A stretch of 52,506 nucleotides of DNA from a virus (taxonomy: Duplodnaviria; Caudoviricetes), in the IMG/VR virus record IMGVR_UViG_3300037870_000068, positions 1 through 52,506 of that record, one strand, 5' to 3'. The notes below the pieces were generated by a model, which worked only from the letters and a program-made list of their open reading frames with translations, searched no databases and was not told the origin of the DNA. This document shows, piece after piece, positions 18,021-28,640 of the stretch. Both the position numbers and the translations under genes were made by a program. The first letter of the stretch is position 1; each line of letters opens with the position of its first letter.

Positions 18021-21000
18021 TTAATAGTTTGAATCTCTAATAACAGGAAGTGTCTCAGTATCAATCCATATATCAGATTCGGGTGTTAATTCTCCGACAC
18101 CAATGAACGAAACTACGGCGAATGGATTAACATTTGATACTCTAGAACTATTAGAATTTCCAACATATTCAATCTCCGTAAAAGGTAATGTTACTATAGT
18201 ATCATTTACGACATAGTTCTTTACATCCCTTTCAGATATTGTTCCATCTTCTTTTAATTTAATATGAGATTCTATTATTGGTGATGTTAATTCTCCGATA
18301 CCGGTGTTTATAAAACACTTATAATCAGGATTAGTTAAATCACCTACGCCCATATCATTAAAAGAATCAACAATAAATCCATTTTTGAATAGACTGAATC
18401 CATCAACATCTTTTACTTCTGTTGTAGACGTTTCCATTTCTAACATATTTAAAGATGTATAATATTCTAAATTATCAATCCGTTTATCCAATTTACCGAT
18501 ATCTTTCATAGTATATCGACGGTTATTTTTCCGCTTAACTTTAACAGAAGAAGGTAAGACTCCACCGTAAGGCACATTTCCTAGAGTATATAATAACATA
18601 GATCCCTCTGGTAGTGCCGGCATTTGGGGGGTTAATGATGATTCACCCTTAATAATTTTAATCTCTTTCTTGGGGGTTAATACAATTCCATCCATTCTCG
18701 GAAGATAATATGAATAATCTACTGAAATAGGATTATCGTATTTTAATATACCAAAATTGACATTTTTAAATCCAATGCCATTATCGTTTTGTACTGGTCT
18801 AAAATCAATCGAATCTCTGAGATTTGGTTGTATATTTGTATAATCAGCTGAATTGTCATATGATTCAACAGAGAAAAAGTCTGGATTACCGGTGAAGAAA
18901 TGAGTATTATATTCAAAAGATACTCGAATAGATCCAGTTAAATCCGAAGTAGTGTTTCGTTCAATCGATCCTATACCATAATATAAACTAGTTTGCCCAG
19001 AATTTAATTTATATTGCGATGTTATGTCTTTAGTGGCCTCATTATTTGAGTCTATAGTACCAAAGTTCTCGGCTACTTTAACTGATAATAATTTTGTACA
19101 ATCTGCTTTACCTAATAATATTTTTGATATATTAATATCGTTTGAAGTAGTTAAATCAAAAGTTTCTACCGACAACTCTTTTGTTGCTGGAACAGCGTTA
19201 GATCTTTCGATGGTCCCGAATACAGTATAGTGTGTATATGTGGACAAATTCATTACCTTAATTGAAGTAGGGGATGTCAACTCAATTGTGGCCGGACTTA
19301 TTATAGTTCCTGCATTACTGCCGCTCGTCTCAATCACGGTAAAATTTTGTGGGGTTATTGGTGCGAACTCCCCATCACCGTTCCAATATTGTATTAGGAT
19401 TGCAATGGAAATCTCTAGGTAGTCGTTAGATCCTGTGCTAGTATCACCCAACTCTCTTGTTATAAAATATTTGGTATCAGAACTAGTTCCATCATCCTCC
19501 TTCAGATCTTTAATGAAGTTATGGGGTAATTTATAGACTGCGGTATTATCATTATTGGCTATGTAAGAATTTAAGACATAAAATATAGATGATGTTATGT
19601 CAGCAGTTATGTTGGCATCAACCGTTAATTCGTTCGATGTTATGTTAGTAATTTTATACTTCTCAAGCGGTTCAGATGGATCTGCAGTTATATAATCCCC
19701 TTCCTTGAGATCTCCTATAAAATCTGTACCGATACCTGTAATAGTGGTTGATCCGATAGTACCGTTTATCGCTCCCATTAACCTATCGTGAACTTGAGCA
19801 ATATTACCAGTGAAATTAACCGATCCTATTGTATTAGCACTGTCAATATATAAACATTTAGCATTTTTAGAAAAAGTGTATCCAGAATCAATCGACATAT
19901 CGTGTACATAAACACGATATTCGGTACCACCCAATGTGCCGTTATCCCTTTCAATCCACCTTGCTTTACAAGTTCCTATTTTAGTACCGACATTAGTCCC
20001 CGCACTAACACTGAATTCGTCGTATATATCAAAGTCGATAAAATCAGAACCCATTTGCGAGGGTAGTGTTGACGGAAGATCGATCAATATGTATTTTGGA
20101 GTAGATACAGCAATACTAGACCCATCTTCTCTTGCTACATCTCGAGCTCTGTCATTCTTTAATCTTAATTTTCCCGTTTGTGTATGGGAAAATCCCTTTA
20201 CTACACCTATACCATTTGAAATTTCTACAATATATTTGTCTTCTTGACCAGCATATGTAACTGGGTCTGTAACAGGAGGAATAGCAGGATATGCACCAGA
20301 ATTTAAATGAACGTTTTTAACAAATTGCCACGTTACAGTGCCATCCGTAAAAGTTGAAAATGTTGTTAAGAATCCCGAATTTCCAGAACCATCTGTAGGT
20401 TTATCTGATCCCGATGTTCCAGACTTTACACATTTATATGTGTGGGTCAATCCGCCAACCTCTTCTCTAATGACATCACCGATTAGATAATCTTTTTCCG
20501 CTACCCAAGTTTCTACAAAGTTGTCACGATCCTCGAGAAGATTTAATTTAAAATCCCTTACAACGTAATCGCCGGATTCATCATATGTTCGTTTAGCTAG
20601 TTCGTGTTCAATGGTACTATAATTAGGGGTATCTTGCATTAAGCGAGTAACACCAGCCTCAGCCCTATATAATTCTAGGTATCTTGGTTTAGATTCTGTA
20701 TTGGTTAAATTCCCTTCGGAATTAACGGTCAGCGGATATTTTACGAAATTCGTAGATATTGAATATCTATGGGCACCTGGAGCAGCATAATTTGGAGAAC
20801 CTGTTGCATTATCATTTAGAGTTAAATCCGTAGCAGAGGTTGTTATGTCATGATCCCATTCAATACCACACGTAAATGATGGTATTGAATCGTATCTATT
20901 TAATATAAGATTAGACTGAACTACTTTAACAAAAAATCCATCTATATAATATATACCATTAGCTATAGATAGCATTGAACCAAGACCAGTAGCATCAGTT

Positions 21001-21452
21001 CCTTGCACGGTTAGGTCAACTCCACTAGACGTTAGAGTGTCATTTGCTTGAAATGTTTTTTCACCAGAAGTGCCGGATGAAATATACCTAACATAAAGTA
21101 CATTATTCGTATCAGTCGAATCTGCTATCTCGGCATGAACAACTGTTCCTGTAACACCCGAGACTGCAGTCAGCAATAACCCTTCATAGTCAGATAATAC
21201 CACCCCCGCTGCAGGTGCTACTATTTTAACATAATCTGTTCTAGGAGAATAATTAAGTCTACCATCAATAACAGGAGAACCATTTTTAAATAGATGTTTC
21301 CCTATAGAATTAACTTGATTCTGTAGTATTGTTTGAATTTGTGTTAATTCTCTCGCTTGCACAGCTGTGCCTGGGCGAAACAATATTCTCAAATAATCCT
21401 TTAACTCATCATAGTCATCAAAATAAGGATCTGTATTAAAATTGTAAGACAT
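18021..21452 (-). CDS. Large baseplate/virion structural protein, N-terminal DUF4815-like half
   Basis: FN.DPYFDDY...ILFRPG.AVQARELTQIQTILQNQ, NYAAPGAHR, AKRTYDESGDY, RYTMKDIGKLDKRI.NLEYYTSL, FKNGFIVD.F, NVNPFAV. Confidence 0.85.
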   Translation of the reverse strand: MSYNFNTDPYFDDYDELKDYLRILFRPGTAVQARELTQIQTILQNQVNSIGKHLFKNGSPVIDGRLNYSPRTDYVKIVAPAAGVVLSDYEGLLLTAVSGVTGTVVHAEIADSTDTNNVLYVRYISSGTSGEKTFQANDTLTSSGVDLTVQGTDATGLGSMLSIANGIYYIDGFFVKVVQSNLILNRYDSIPSFTCGIEWDHDITTSATDLTLNDNATGSPNYAAPGAHRYSISTNFVKYPLTVNSEGNLTNTESKPRYLELYRAEAGVTRLMQDTPNYSTIEHELAKRTYDESGDYVVRDFKLNLLEDRDNFVETWVAEKDYLIGDVIREEVGGLTHTYKCVKSGTSGSDKPTDGSGNSGFLTTFSTFTDGTVTWQFVKNVHLNSGAYPAIPPVTDPVTYAGQEDKYIVEISNGIGVVKGFSHTQTGKLRLKNDRARDVAREDGSSIAVSTPKYILIDLPSTLPSQMGSDFIDFDIYDEFSVSAGTNVGTKIGTCKARWIERDNGTLGGTEYRVYVHDMSIDSGYTFSKNAKCLYIDSANTIGSVNFTGNIAQVHDRLMGAINGTIGSTTITGIGTDFIGDLKEGDYITADPSEPLEKYKITNITSNELTVDANITADITSSIFYVLNSYIANNDNTAVYKLPHNFIKDLKEDDGTSSDTKYFITRELGDTSTGSNDYLEISIAILIQYWNGDGEFAPITPQNFTVIETSGSNAGTIISPATIELTSPTSIKVMNLSTYTHYTVFGTIERSNAVPATKELSVETFDLTTSNDINISKILLGKADCTKLLSVKVAENFGTIDSNNEATKDITSQYKLNSGQTSLYYGIGSIERNTTSDLTGSIRVSFEYNTHFFTGNPDFFSVESYDNSADYTNIQPNLRDSIDFRPVQNDNGIGFKNVNFGILKYDNPISVDYSYYLPRMDGIVLTPKKEIKIIKGESSLTPQMPALPEGSMLLYTLGNVPYGGVLPSSVKVKRKNNRRYTMKDIGKLDKRIDNLEYYTSLNMLEMETSTTEVKDVDGFSLFKNGFIVDSFNDMGVGDLTNPDYKCFINTGIGELTSPIIESHIKLKEDGTISERDVKNYVVNDTIVTLPFTEIEYVGNSNSSRVSNVNPFAVVSFIGVGELTPESDIWIDTETLPVIRDSNY

Positions 21453-21478
21453 AATAATTCTCTTTTAGGTATATATTA

Positions 21479-21486
21479 TATTTATA
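21479..21486 (-). promoter_or_regulatory. T4-type late promoter TATAAATA
   Basis: Exact TATAAATA on the minus strand, intergenic, just upstream of the 1143-aa gene. Confidence 0.75.
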
Positions 21487-23133
21487 TTAGAATGATATAA
21501 ATGATTTAAACTTGACTCCCTGATTCCCAGAATCAAGATCTCCCGTTACTGAAAATGTTATTCTATTTTCCGCCAAAATAATATCACCAGAATGTTTATT
21601 TATCGTCGGTGATTCTATTATTGAAGTAACCGTAAGTGCTGTTTGACCTGCCGCATCTTTTAAAACGGCACCTTCAACGGGATCGGTATTATGTTTTATT
21701 GGTTGTAATAGAATTTTAAATCCATCAATAATATCGATGCTTATCACTCTGAATGTCTTTGTACCCATTTCCAATATTGCATTAATTTCCACACTACTTG
21801 TGATACTCGGCGTATTAACTAAATAACAAGTTGAACCAGCGGCACCAAAAAACCTAGATGCTACACCATATTGTTCTATACCTTTAATCAATCCTATTTG
21901 ATTATAATCATTATTTACTATGATACCATGATTATAATCAGAGTCCAAAGAATTAGATAAACACAAAGTCGTGGATTTTAATTCTCTAGGAAGATCATAA
22001 CCATGTCCCCCTCGAGGTGATAATATAACTCGAAGTGATGCATTCGTAATATTAGTGCCACTCAGATTATCGGTGTCTTGTATAGATATAGTCGCGTAAT
22101 GATATCCGGAACCATAATTAGTAATTAAACATTCTGTTATAACACCGTCTTCTACCTTTAATTTAACAACAGCGCCGGTTCCATCACCGTCAATTGTTGC
22201 GTGTACATTTGATTCGTTATTGGTTTTATCGTTTGAATATCCAGATCCGCCATTTGCTAGAACAATTGTTGAGATAGACCCATCAATAGCTGCAGCTTCA
22301 ACAGCTGCCTGATTTGTATCTAGATTAGCATAATTTCCTACATGAATTTCAAATACAGCACCACTACCGGTGTTGCCATTATTGACTAGAGTTAAATTGG
22401 CATAAGTATAACCAGATCCGGCATTAGTAATAGTAATGGCAGTCACAGATCCGCTACCATCTAGTGTAGCAGTAGCAGTAGCAACAGTTCCATTGTTGTC
22501 TTGCCAGTCCCCGTCTATAACTAAAGTAACATCAGTATAACCAGACCCACCATCTAATATCTTTATATTTTCATTTAAAATATCATGTGTTATAGAACCG
22601 CCGGGAGGATCTGAATAATAAGGATTATATGTCTGCCTTGTTATAGGCATCATTCCCGATCCAGCAAATTTATTAATAAACCCAGCCGGTATATCTGCCA
22701 TATATTTCCATATATACCCATCGCCCCCATCAAATGGAAACTCTTCGGTTCTATCCGGTTGACTAGTTGATGGAGCTCCGTTGTTATTGTTAAGACATTT
22801 ATAAATTTTATTATCTGATATACAATAAAATTTCTTTGTGCTAACATCTACCAAATCATCATACATATCAAATACTACACCAGATTCCCATTGGTTATCT
22901 GGAACAACAAATGCGACATCACCAATAGTGACCTTTTTCGTTGATATCATGTTAGCTCTAATATCCGTGTCGGAACCAAGAGAAACATCATATTCTGGTA
23001 CATTCTCTATATCATCCCAGGGGACTGTATTAGAAAGAAAGTAATTATAATGACCTGTATTCGTCGCTATATCATCAAATACCGATTTAGCGATCGAATA
23101 ATGAAATTGAGGTGTTATTTTAGCATTAGACAT
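21487..23133 (-). CDS. gp8: Baseplate wedge subunit
   Basis: W.SG..FDMYDD, YKCLNNN.G..ST..P, DGYIWKYM, SPRGGHG; GSGY beta-repeat insertions. Confidence 0.85.
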   Translation of the reverse strand: MSNAKITPQFHYSIAKSVFDDIATNTGHYNYFLSNTVPWDDIENVPEYDVSLGSDTDIRANMISTKKVTIGDVAFVVPDNQWESGVVFDMYDDLVDVSTKKFYCISDNKIYKCLNNNNGAPSTSQPDRTEEFPFDGGDGYIWKYMADIPAGFINKFAGSGMMPITRQTYNPYYSDPPGGSITHDILNENIKILDGGSGYTDVTLVIDGDWQDNNGTVATATATLDGSGSVTAITITNAGSGYTYANLTLVNNGNTGSGAVFEIHVGNYANLDTNQAAVEAAAIDGSISTIVLANGGSGYSNDKTNNESNVHATIDGDGTGAVVKLKVEDGVITECLITNYGSGYHYATISIQDTDNLSGTNITNASLRVILSPRGGHGYDLPRELKSTTLCLSNSLDSDYNHGIIVNNDYNQIGLIKGIEQYGVASRFFGAAGSTCYLVNTPSITSSVEINAILEMGTKTFRVISIDIIDGFKILLQPIKHNTDPVEGAVLKDAAGQTALTVTSIIESPTINKHSGDIILAENRITFSVTGDLDSGNQGVKFKSFISF

Positions 23134-23134
23134 A

Positions 23135-23590
23135 TTAAGAGACTGTTATAGTCCATGTGACTGACATAGAATCATTTATTCCTATATTAACAACATCGAA
23201 AGTCGTTCTACAAAGCATAACCCCAGCACTCGATGCATCGAATATACCAGCTTCCTTTATTAGTCCGGGATCTTGAGTAATGACACCGGTATTATAAGTT
23301 GCGGAAAATGTTGCAGTATTAAGAGAAGAAGAACCCGTTGCAGCAACTCTGACAAGTTCATTGGTAAGCGCAGTATCACCTATTGCCTCGTCCCCTAGAG
23401 TGCCAGTATTATTATCTCCTACTGCTATGTGTGCCGTTGAACTCGTAAGTCCAGCAATACGTCCAGCCACCCAATTTCTTCCGGTAGTTACTACTAAATT
23501 ATCGATATCAATAGAGTTGATAACTTTACCAGAGTTGATAACCTGTATATTAACTTTACCCGTTACTTTTAAATTTTCTTCATTTTTCAT
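23135..23590 (-). CDS. Virion structural protein (tail-collar fibre N-terminal-like)
   Basis: NLVVTTG...IAVG...DTAL..EL.R...EAGIF.A...G.ML.RT.F..V..G..DS..VTW.IT. Confidence 0.6.
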   Translation of the reverse strand: MKNEENLKVTGKVNIQVINSGKVINSIDIDNLVVTTGRNWVAGRIAGLTSSTAHIAVGDNNTGTLGDEAIGDTALTNELVRVAATGSSSLNTATFSATYNTGVITQDPGLIKEAGIFDASSAGVMLCRTTFDVVNIGINDSMSVTWTITVS

Positions 23591-24880
23591 TTATATTCCT
23601 AGTTCTGTGTAGGTATTTGGTTGATTAAAATAGTCTGTGGCATATGGGTTTTTCTCAACATATATTAAATTGTCTGAAAATGCATATGTGATATCGTCGG
23701 ATATATCTTTATTTATACCCATAGAATATAAATCGTCTACATTAATGGGATCGCCCAATACTTTAAATATAGACAATAAAGTATTATCCACAGTACTAAT
23801 GCCTTCATTGAAATTCTTAATGAACTCAGCTTTAATTACTCTCAAGGCGTCTGATACAGACAGAGAATTAGTTATAACTAATTCATCGAATGCTATTAAT
23901 CCAGCAGGGTGGAGAGCGCCCTTAATAATTGATTTATATGCATTCGATACTACATTGGATCGAATGGCGTATGAATATTTTTGATAATATTTATCTTGAA
24001 GATAATTTGAGTCAGACACAAACCCTTTGTTATCCTTGTACTCCCCCTCATAAGATACTATGGAAGTTGAAGGAGGTATTACACCAGTAAATCCTACACC
24101 AACAACGGATGTACCGTCTACTGCAAATTCATCTTCAATTCGATCTTTGAAATGCATTTCAAATTTGGCGAATGATAATCTTCTGATGTAAGATACGTGT
24201 GTGATAGATGTTGCTAAGTTAGGATCGGTTAATGTTACATCTGCTCCCACTAGATTGAGCGGATTACCACTAACAACATCAACCTCTATAGAATATCTAC
24301 CGCTCCATTCTCCTGCAGATAATTCAAGCATATCATACGCAGGATAATATATCTCGACATACTCATCGAACATCAAAGAGAATAGTGTTTTGTATGATTG
24401 GGTAGTTCCTTTTTGTGTATATAAACTTTTTATGTTTTTAATAAGGTTGGGAATATCTACAGATTTTTCCAATCGGTTCGGTATAACTGCCATTAAATCC
24501 GAGCGATACTTTTCAAATAAAGTAGATCTAGTTTCATCCAGATTCTTATAATTCAGCAGTTCTGATATTGTTTGAGATGGGTTGGGAGTATATGATATAA
24601 TTTTACAAGAATTACCAGACCCGTCTGACAGGATTTCTCCAATAACAAGTGAATTCTGTTTTGTCACAAATATTCTATTATTAGTAGGATCTATTCCGGT
24701 AATTTTAGTAGTAGTACTAGAAACATCCCCCGTTAAAATACCATCTACTGCAAGACTGCCAATCCCATCGGAGTATATTACTTCAGCTGAATTAAGAAAA
24801 TCGAAATACAATTCAACAAAACGTACAAAATCTGGGAATTGCTCTCTTATATATTCCGGAAATTGATTTTCTATATTCAT
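23591..24880 (-). CDS. gp7: Baseplate wedge initiator-like protein
   Basis: QFPEYIRE..P.FV.F...YF.FL, LIKNIK.LY..KGT..S...LF, LQD.YYQ.YSY.I, HPAG; sits between gp6 and gp8. Confidence 0.75.
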   Translation of the reverse strand: MNIENQFPEYIREQFPDFVRFVELYFDFLNSAEVIYSDGIGSLAVDGILTGDVSSTTTKITGIDPTNNRIFVTKQNSLVIGEILSDGSGNSCKIISYTPNPSQTISELLNYKNLDETRSTLFEKYRSDLMAVIPNRLEKSVDIPNLIKNIKSLYTQKGTTQSYKTLFSLMFDEYVEIYYPAYDMLELSAGEWSGRYSIEVDVVSGNPLNLVGADVTLTDPNLATSITHVSYIRRLSFAKFEMHFKDRIEDEFAVDGTSVVGVGFTGVIPPSTSIVSYEGEYKDNKGFVSDSNYLQDKYYQKYSYAIRSNVVSNAYKSIIKGALHPAGLIAFDELVITNSLSVSDALRVIKAEFIKNFNEGISTVDNTLLSIFKVLGDPINVDDLYSMGINKDISDDITYAFSDNLIYVEKNPYATDYFNQPNTYTELGI

Positions 24881-26685
24881 TATAATCTAGCCGGTGATGG
24901 TTTGTAGTTAGTTTCAGTTGTTTGAATTCCTAATTTACCCGTCAATTGCGTACCGCTTATAACAGTATCAGATATTGTAATAATATCATTTCTGAGGGGT
25001 ATAACATCAAATGAATCCAAATGCACATTTATTTTAAGTGTTGCTGAGGATATCGATACTTCTGAAATTATAATTTCACCAGTAGTATAATTAACAGTTC
25101 CTATTTCATTATTTACAATTACTGTAGCGCCTTCATTTGAAGCATATGAGAGTTTAATTTTACCAGCACCATCATCTTCGAGAAAGTGTGTATAAGACGA
25201 ACCTGTTATATTAAACCCGTCAGAGGAAACGACACCCTTTAGCTTAGAAGTTGTATGATAATCATGTGGATGATATAATGCGTTATTGAAATTAAAAGTA
25301 TATTTACTAGTAACATTGGTTAATGGTACCAAACTTTTGTTTGCAGTATGATTAACTGTGGCGGATACAATACTAGAATCTGTACCTAAAATAAGTGTTG
25401 TTATATCGGAATTATAATATGAGGTTCCAAACCTTGCTAATTTGGTATTAAATTCTATAATTTTACTTGATATGAGTGATGATAATTCGTTCGCTGTCTT
25501 AGATGTCAATAAAGAATTGAACGCAAAATTTATATTTAAAACGAGATTAGTATAATCTGGGTTAACAAATTCTGGTAATATTGAGGATAGTTTGAATTTA
25601 TTAAGTTCTTGGAGTATAGAATCCTTTTCCAAGCTGGTTAAATTGGTATTACCAGAAGTATCTACAGATAAAAACACTTTGCCATATTCTGGTGGTATAT
25701 TATCTTCACCACCCCATACAGTCATGTCTTCAATGAAAGAGAAATGATTCTTTAATAAAGATTTATAATCATTAATAGTGACAGTTCTGTTCTGTGCAGT
25801 ATATAAATATGGTGCATTTTTCTTTATAGATTCTATGGTTTCGATACCAGCGCCACCAGTAGTTTTATCTGGCATGGTAAGAGCTATGTTTGTAAGATTT
25901 GTCACAGAAGATCCAACAGACATTGTGGTAATACCATTTGCAATATCCCCAGTCGATTTCAAATATTCTAACTCAACAACATTACCGATTTCTAATTTTT
26001 TACCAATAATATCATCACCAAAATATACTTCAAAATTTTCATCTATACCCTCTTGTACGAAGTATATAGAAGATGTGTTATCGTGACCAATTAAAGTTTT
26101 AGATTCTATATATGTTGTAAAATCATCTGAGGTTGAATCTTTATATACCCTTACTCTGAGGGAGGTTATATCGCACGATTTGTTTGGTATTCTGTATACT
26201 TGTCTACCACTACCAACCGTATAGGAGTTAGATATAAATTTACCTTCATATACTGCAATATCCGAAATTGCAATTGAAGTTCCAGTAACCGGTGCAATAT
26301 AATCAGATATAGTGTTGAACTTTAACCCATTAGGACCATTGAATGAAGTGCCTCGAGGTATTGTTATTTTATCGGGATTATTGTTAACATCTGCAGTTAA
26401 ACTAATTAGTCCCCTTGAACTTCTAACCGATCTAGGAGTATAACCCAAGGATTTAGCATGAGATACTACATTATGTCGAAGCTGTGCAGTATCAAGAAAC
26501 ATTTCATTTACACTCATTGACGCTGTAATGGCGTTATAATGGGTGTTATATGCTAATACATCAAGAAGTGTTGACATTGCAGATCCATCAAAATCATAAT
26601 CCGCGAATTGAGATTGATTTCCCAAGAAAGATTTGAGGTTGTTCTTTATATCAAAGAAATCCTGTTCTGTAGTGGAAATTGCCAT
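24880..26685 (-). CDS. gp6: Baseplate wedge subunit
   Basis: DF.DIK.NLK.FL..Q..F.DYDFDGS..S.LLDVLAYNTHY, VVSHAK.LGY.P.S, QNR.VT..DY, WGGEDN.PP.YGKVF. Confidence 0.95.
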   Translation of the reverse strand: MAISTTEQDFFDIKNNLKSFLGNQSQFADYDFDGSAMSTLLDVLAYNTHYNAITASMSVNEMFLDTAQLRHNVVSHAKSLGYTPRSVRSSRGLISLTADVNNNPDKITIPRGTSFNGPNGLKFNTISDYIAPVTGTSIAISDIAVYEGKFISNSYTVGSGRQVYRIPNKSCDITSLRVRVYKDSTSDDFTTYIESKTLIGHDNTSSIYFVQEGIDENFEVYFGDDIIGKKLEIGNVVELEYLKSTGDIANGITTMSVGSSVTNLTNIALTMPDKTTGGAGIETIESIKKNAPYLYTAQNRTVTINDYKSLLKNHFSFIEDMTVWGGEDNIPPEYGKVFLSVDTSGNTNLTSLEKDSILQELNKFKLSSILPEFVNPDYTNLVLNINFAFNSLLTSKTANELSSLISSKIIEFNTKLARFGTSYYNSDITTLILGTDSSIVSATVNHTANKSLVPLTNVTSKYTFNFNNALYHPHDYHTTSKLKGVVSSDGFNITGSSYTHFLEDDGAGKIKLSYASNEGATVIVNNEIGTVNYTTGEIIISEVSISSATLKINVHLDSFDVIPLRNDIITISDTVISGTQLTGKLGIQTTETNYKPSPARL

Positions 26686-27128
26686 TATTTTATCCTATCT
26701 AGAAAAGTGTCAAGGGAATGTACTTCCCCAGATATTGAATTAATTATAGTAAAATATATTGTAACTCTCAGAGAATTTGAATCGAGATCATTTATTTCTA
26801 ATGATGTTAATACAACTCTAGGTTCAAAATTGTTTAATAATATTTCTATTTGTGTTTTTAATGCAGACACAGTTAATGGATCCATCTGCTCAAATAATAA
26901 TCCTCTTATATTTGAACCGATCCAAGGCTGAAATGGTCTCTCACCATAATTAGTTAAAATGAGATTCTTCACGGATCGTTTAATTGATTCTACATCATAG
27001 ACTCTATTAATGTCACCCGTAACAGGGTGAGAAGAAAATCCCATATTGAGATCTTTCCATATTCGAATAGTTTTATCCGATATATTGGTTCCCTGTGCAT
27101 CTATGTGTGCTGATGTCTGAATTGCCAT
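26685..27128 (-). CDS. gp25: Baseplate wedge / sheath initiator
   Basis: SIKRSVKNLILTN.GERPFQP..GS.I..LLFE...FEPRV. Confidence 0.95.
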   Translation of the reverse strand: MAIQTSAHIDAQGTNISDKTIRIWKDLNMGFSSHPVTGDINRVYDVESIKRSVKNLILTNYGERPFQPWIGSNIRGLLFEQMDPLTVSALKTQIEILLNNFEPRVVLTSLEINDLDSNSLRVTIYFTIINSISGEVHSLDTFLDRIK

Positions 27129-27155
27129 ATCATTAATGATTTGTTATTATATTAT

Positions 27156-27163
27156 TATTTATA
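27156..27163 (-). promoter_or_regulatory. T4-type late promoter TATAAATA
   Basis: Exact motif in the intergenic gap upstream of gp25. Confidence 0.75.
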
Positions 27164-27176
27164 ATGATTATTATAA

Positions 27177-27482
27177 TTAATTACCTGCGAATACATTAGA
27201 AGATCCGGAAGATACCTCTTCACCGCCGCTATATGAGTCACCTATTCTAGCAATACCGAGACCGTTAGCAAATACTGTAGAGGATCCTGCAGAAATTGTA
27301 GTTTGGTGTGACGGGCAGCCGGGAGGTGAATAAGTATGGGAAGTGTTTTTATCAGATTGCCTATGTACACCAGTACCATTCACAATTACATTTGAGGATT
27401 TACCTTCTGTGGTTGTTGAAGCTGTACATCCGTGATTAGTAGTTACGGTATCTACTGCCGATCCTCTGGCTACTGCTGGCAT
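27177..27482 (-). CDS. gp5.4: PAAR-repeat spike tip protein
   Basis: MPAVAR.....HGC, SSNV.VNG, H...H, GSSTVFANG..IARIGD...GSSNVFAG. Confidence 0.9.
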   Translation of the reverse strand: MPAVARGSAVDTVTTNHGCTASTTTEGKSSNVIVNGTGVHRQSDKNTSHTYSPPGCPSHQTTISAGSSTVFANGLGIARIGDSYSGGEEVSSGSSNVFAGN

Positions 27483-27868
27483 GATCTTACCGCATCAAGC
27501 ATTTTTAATAACTCAGGGGTATCTATTTTCCTGTCACCTTGATATCCAATTGCATACCCCTCTGATATCATTGTCTCATTGATATTTTTATCCCCTGCAT
27601 AAAGTGTACCGAGAACTCTACCATACTTTCCTAATCCGTGGGATTGAACAGTAAGAACATCAGATTCATGTGTAAGTAATTCTCTGAGTTTTTCTTTGGC
27701 TTCAATACCATACTTTTTCTCTGTTAGATTTCTAGTTCTTGATTCTGGTGCATCAATACCAGATAGGCGTATTCTGTTTTTTATAGAGACATCAAACCCA
27801 AGATCAATGTGAGCATCAATGGTATCACCATCAACAACCTTTATAACTTGAATCTTATAGTTATACAT
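27470..27868 (-). CDS. Thermonuclease / staphylococcal-nuclease-like protein
   Basis: KVVDGDTID, RIRL.GIDAPESRTR, GKYGRVLG, IN..MI.EG.A..Y. ATG start (MYNYK) preferred over the upstream TTG. Confidence 0.9.
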   Translation of the reverse strand: MYNYKIQVIKVVDGDTIDAHIDLGFDVSIKNRIRLSGIDAPESRTRNLTEKKYGIEAKEKLRELLTHESDVLTVQSHGLGKYGRVLGTLYAGDKNINETMISEGYAIGYQGDRKIDTPELLKMLDAVRSCQQ

Positions 27869-28631
27869 TTTTTCTAACTTCCTCAAGTTTTGCTAATAAT
27901 TGAGATGGTCTTAATCCCTCTAATGATTTATTAATATCATCGTCAATCGAATTCATTTTCTTAACTGATTCATGGAATAATTCGGGGCTTACCATTTCTG
28001 ACATTTTTTTAATTTCTTCTGATAAATCAAATTTGTCTAGGCTATCGGTTGCTAGGGTTTTGGATAATTCTAAATTTACTTCAGTCTCACCCAATGCCGA
28101 AGATATCTGTTCTCTCAGGGTTTTCATCTCAGGTAATTCGACTGACAGAGTTTCAGCAAGGGCATCGGTTTTAGCATATAATGGTTTTTTAACTTTTTCA
28201 ATGATATTACCAGCGGAATCTGTTACTATATTAGGAACCAATGAGCAAGGATCAATTCCCTCAAGTAATCCGTCAATTAAATCATCTAAGTCTGATCCGG
28301 CTTTAGTGAGTGCATCCCCATACTTTTCTGAGAAATCCGATTTTAATTGTGCCAATAATTTAAGTCCTTCGGCGGTGGGGTTAGCCATTATCTGTCTAGC
28401 TCTTTCAACTAAAACTAACAACTCTGGAAGCATCGGAATGACTGGTAGATCATCCCCCTCTGGCATTTCTGGGATCATCGATCTCAGAATGTCCTTAAAG
28501 TTATCCATTGCAGCTTCTGCTGCAACTTTTGCATCTGCAACCGTTGATTCAATTTCGTCCATAGCAGACTTTTTCAGCTCTGCTATTTTAGCTTTTAGTG
28601 CATCAAAATCTAGATCAATTCCGCATGGCAT
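27861..28631 (-). CDS. Helical hypothetical protein downstream of gp5
   Basis: Long ORF with RBS; MPCG start, DPCSLVPN motif; no family recognised. Confidence 0.7.
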   Translation of the reverse strand: MPCGIDLDFDALKAKIAELKKSAMDEIESTVADAKVAAEAAMDNFKDILRSMIPEMPEGDDLPVIPMLPELLVLVERARQIMANPTAEGLKLLAQLKSDFSEKYGDALTKAGSDLDDLIDGLLEGIDPCSLVPNIVTDSAGNIIEKVKKPLYAKTDALAETLSVELPEMKTLREQISSALGETEVNLELSKTLATDSLDKFDLSEEIKKMSEMVSPELFHESVKKMNSIDDDINKSLEGLRPSQLLAKLEEVRKNV

Positions 28632-28640
28632 ATTGTTCTC

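Noticed and set aside
18003-18023. Programmed frameshift or readthrough joining the two DUF4815 halves
   Set aside because: Stops occur in both relevant frames, there is no slippery heptamer, and the second ORF has its own ATG and a novel N-terminus.
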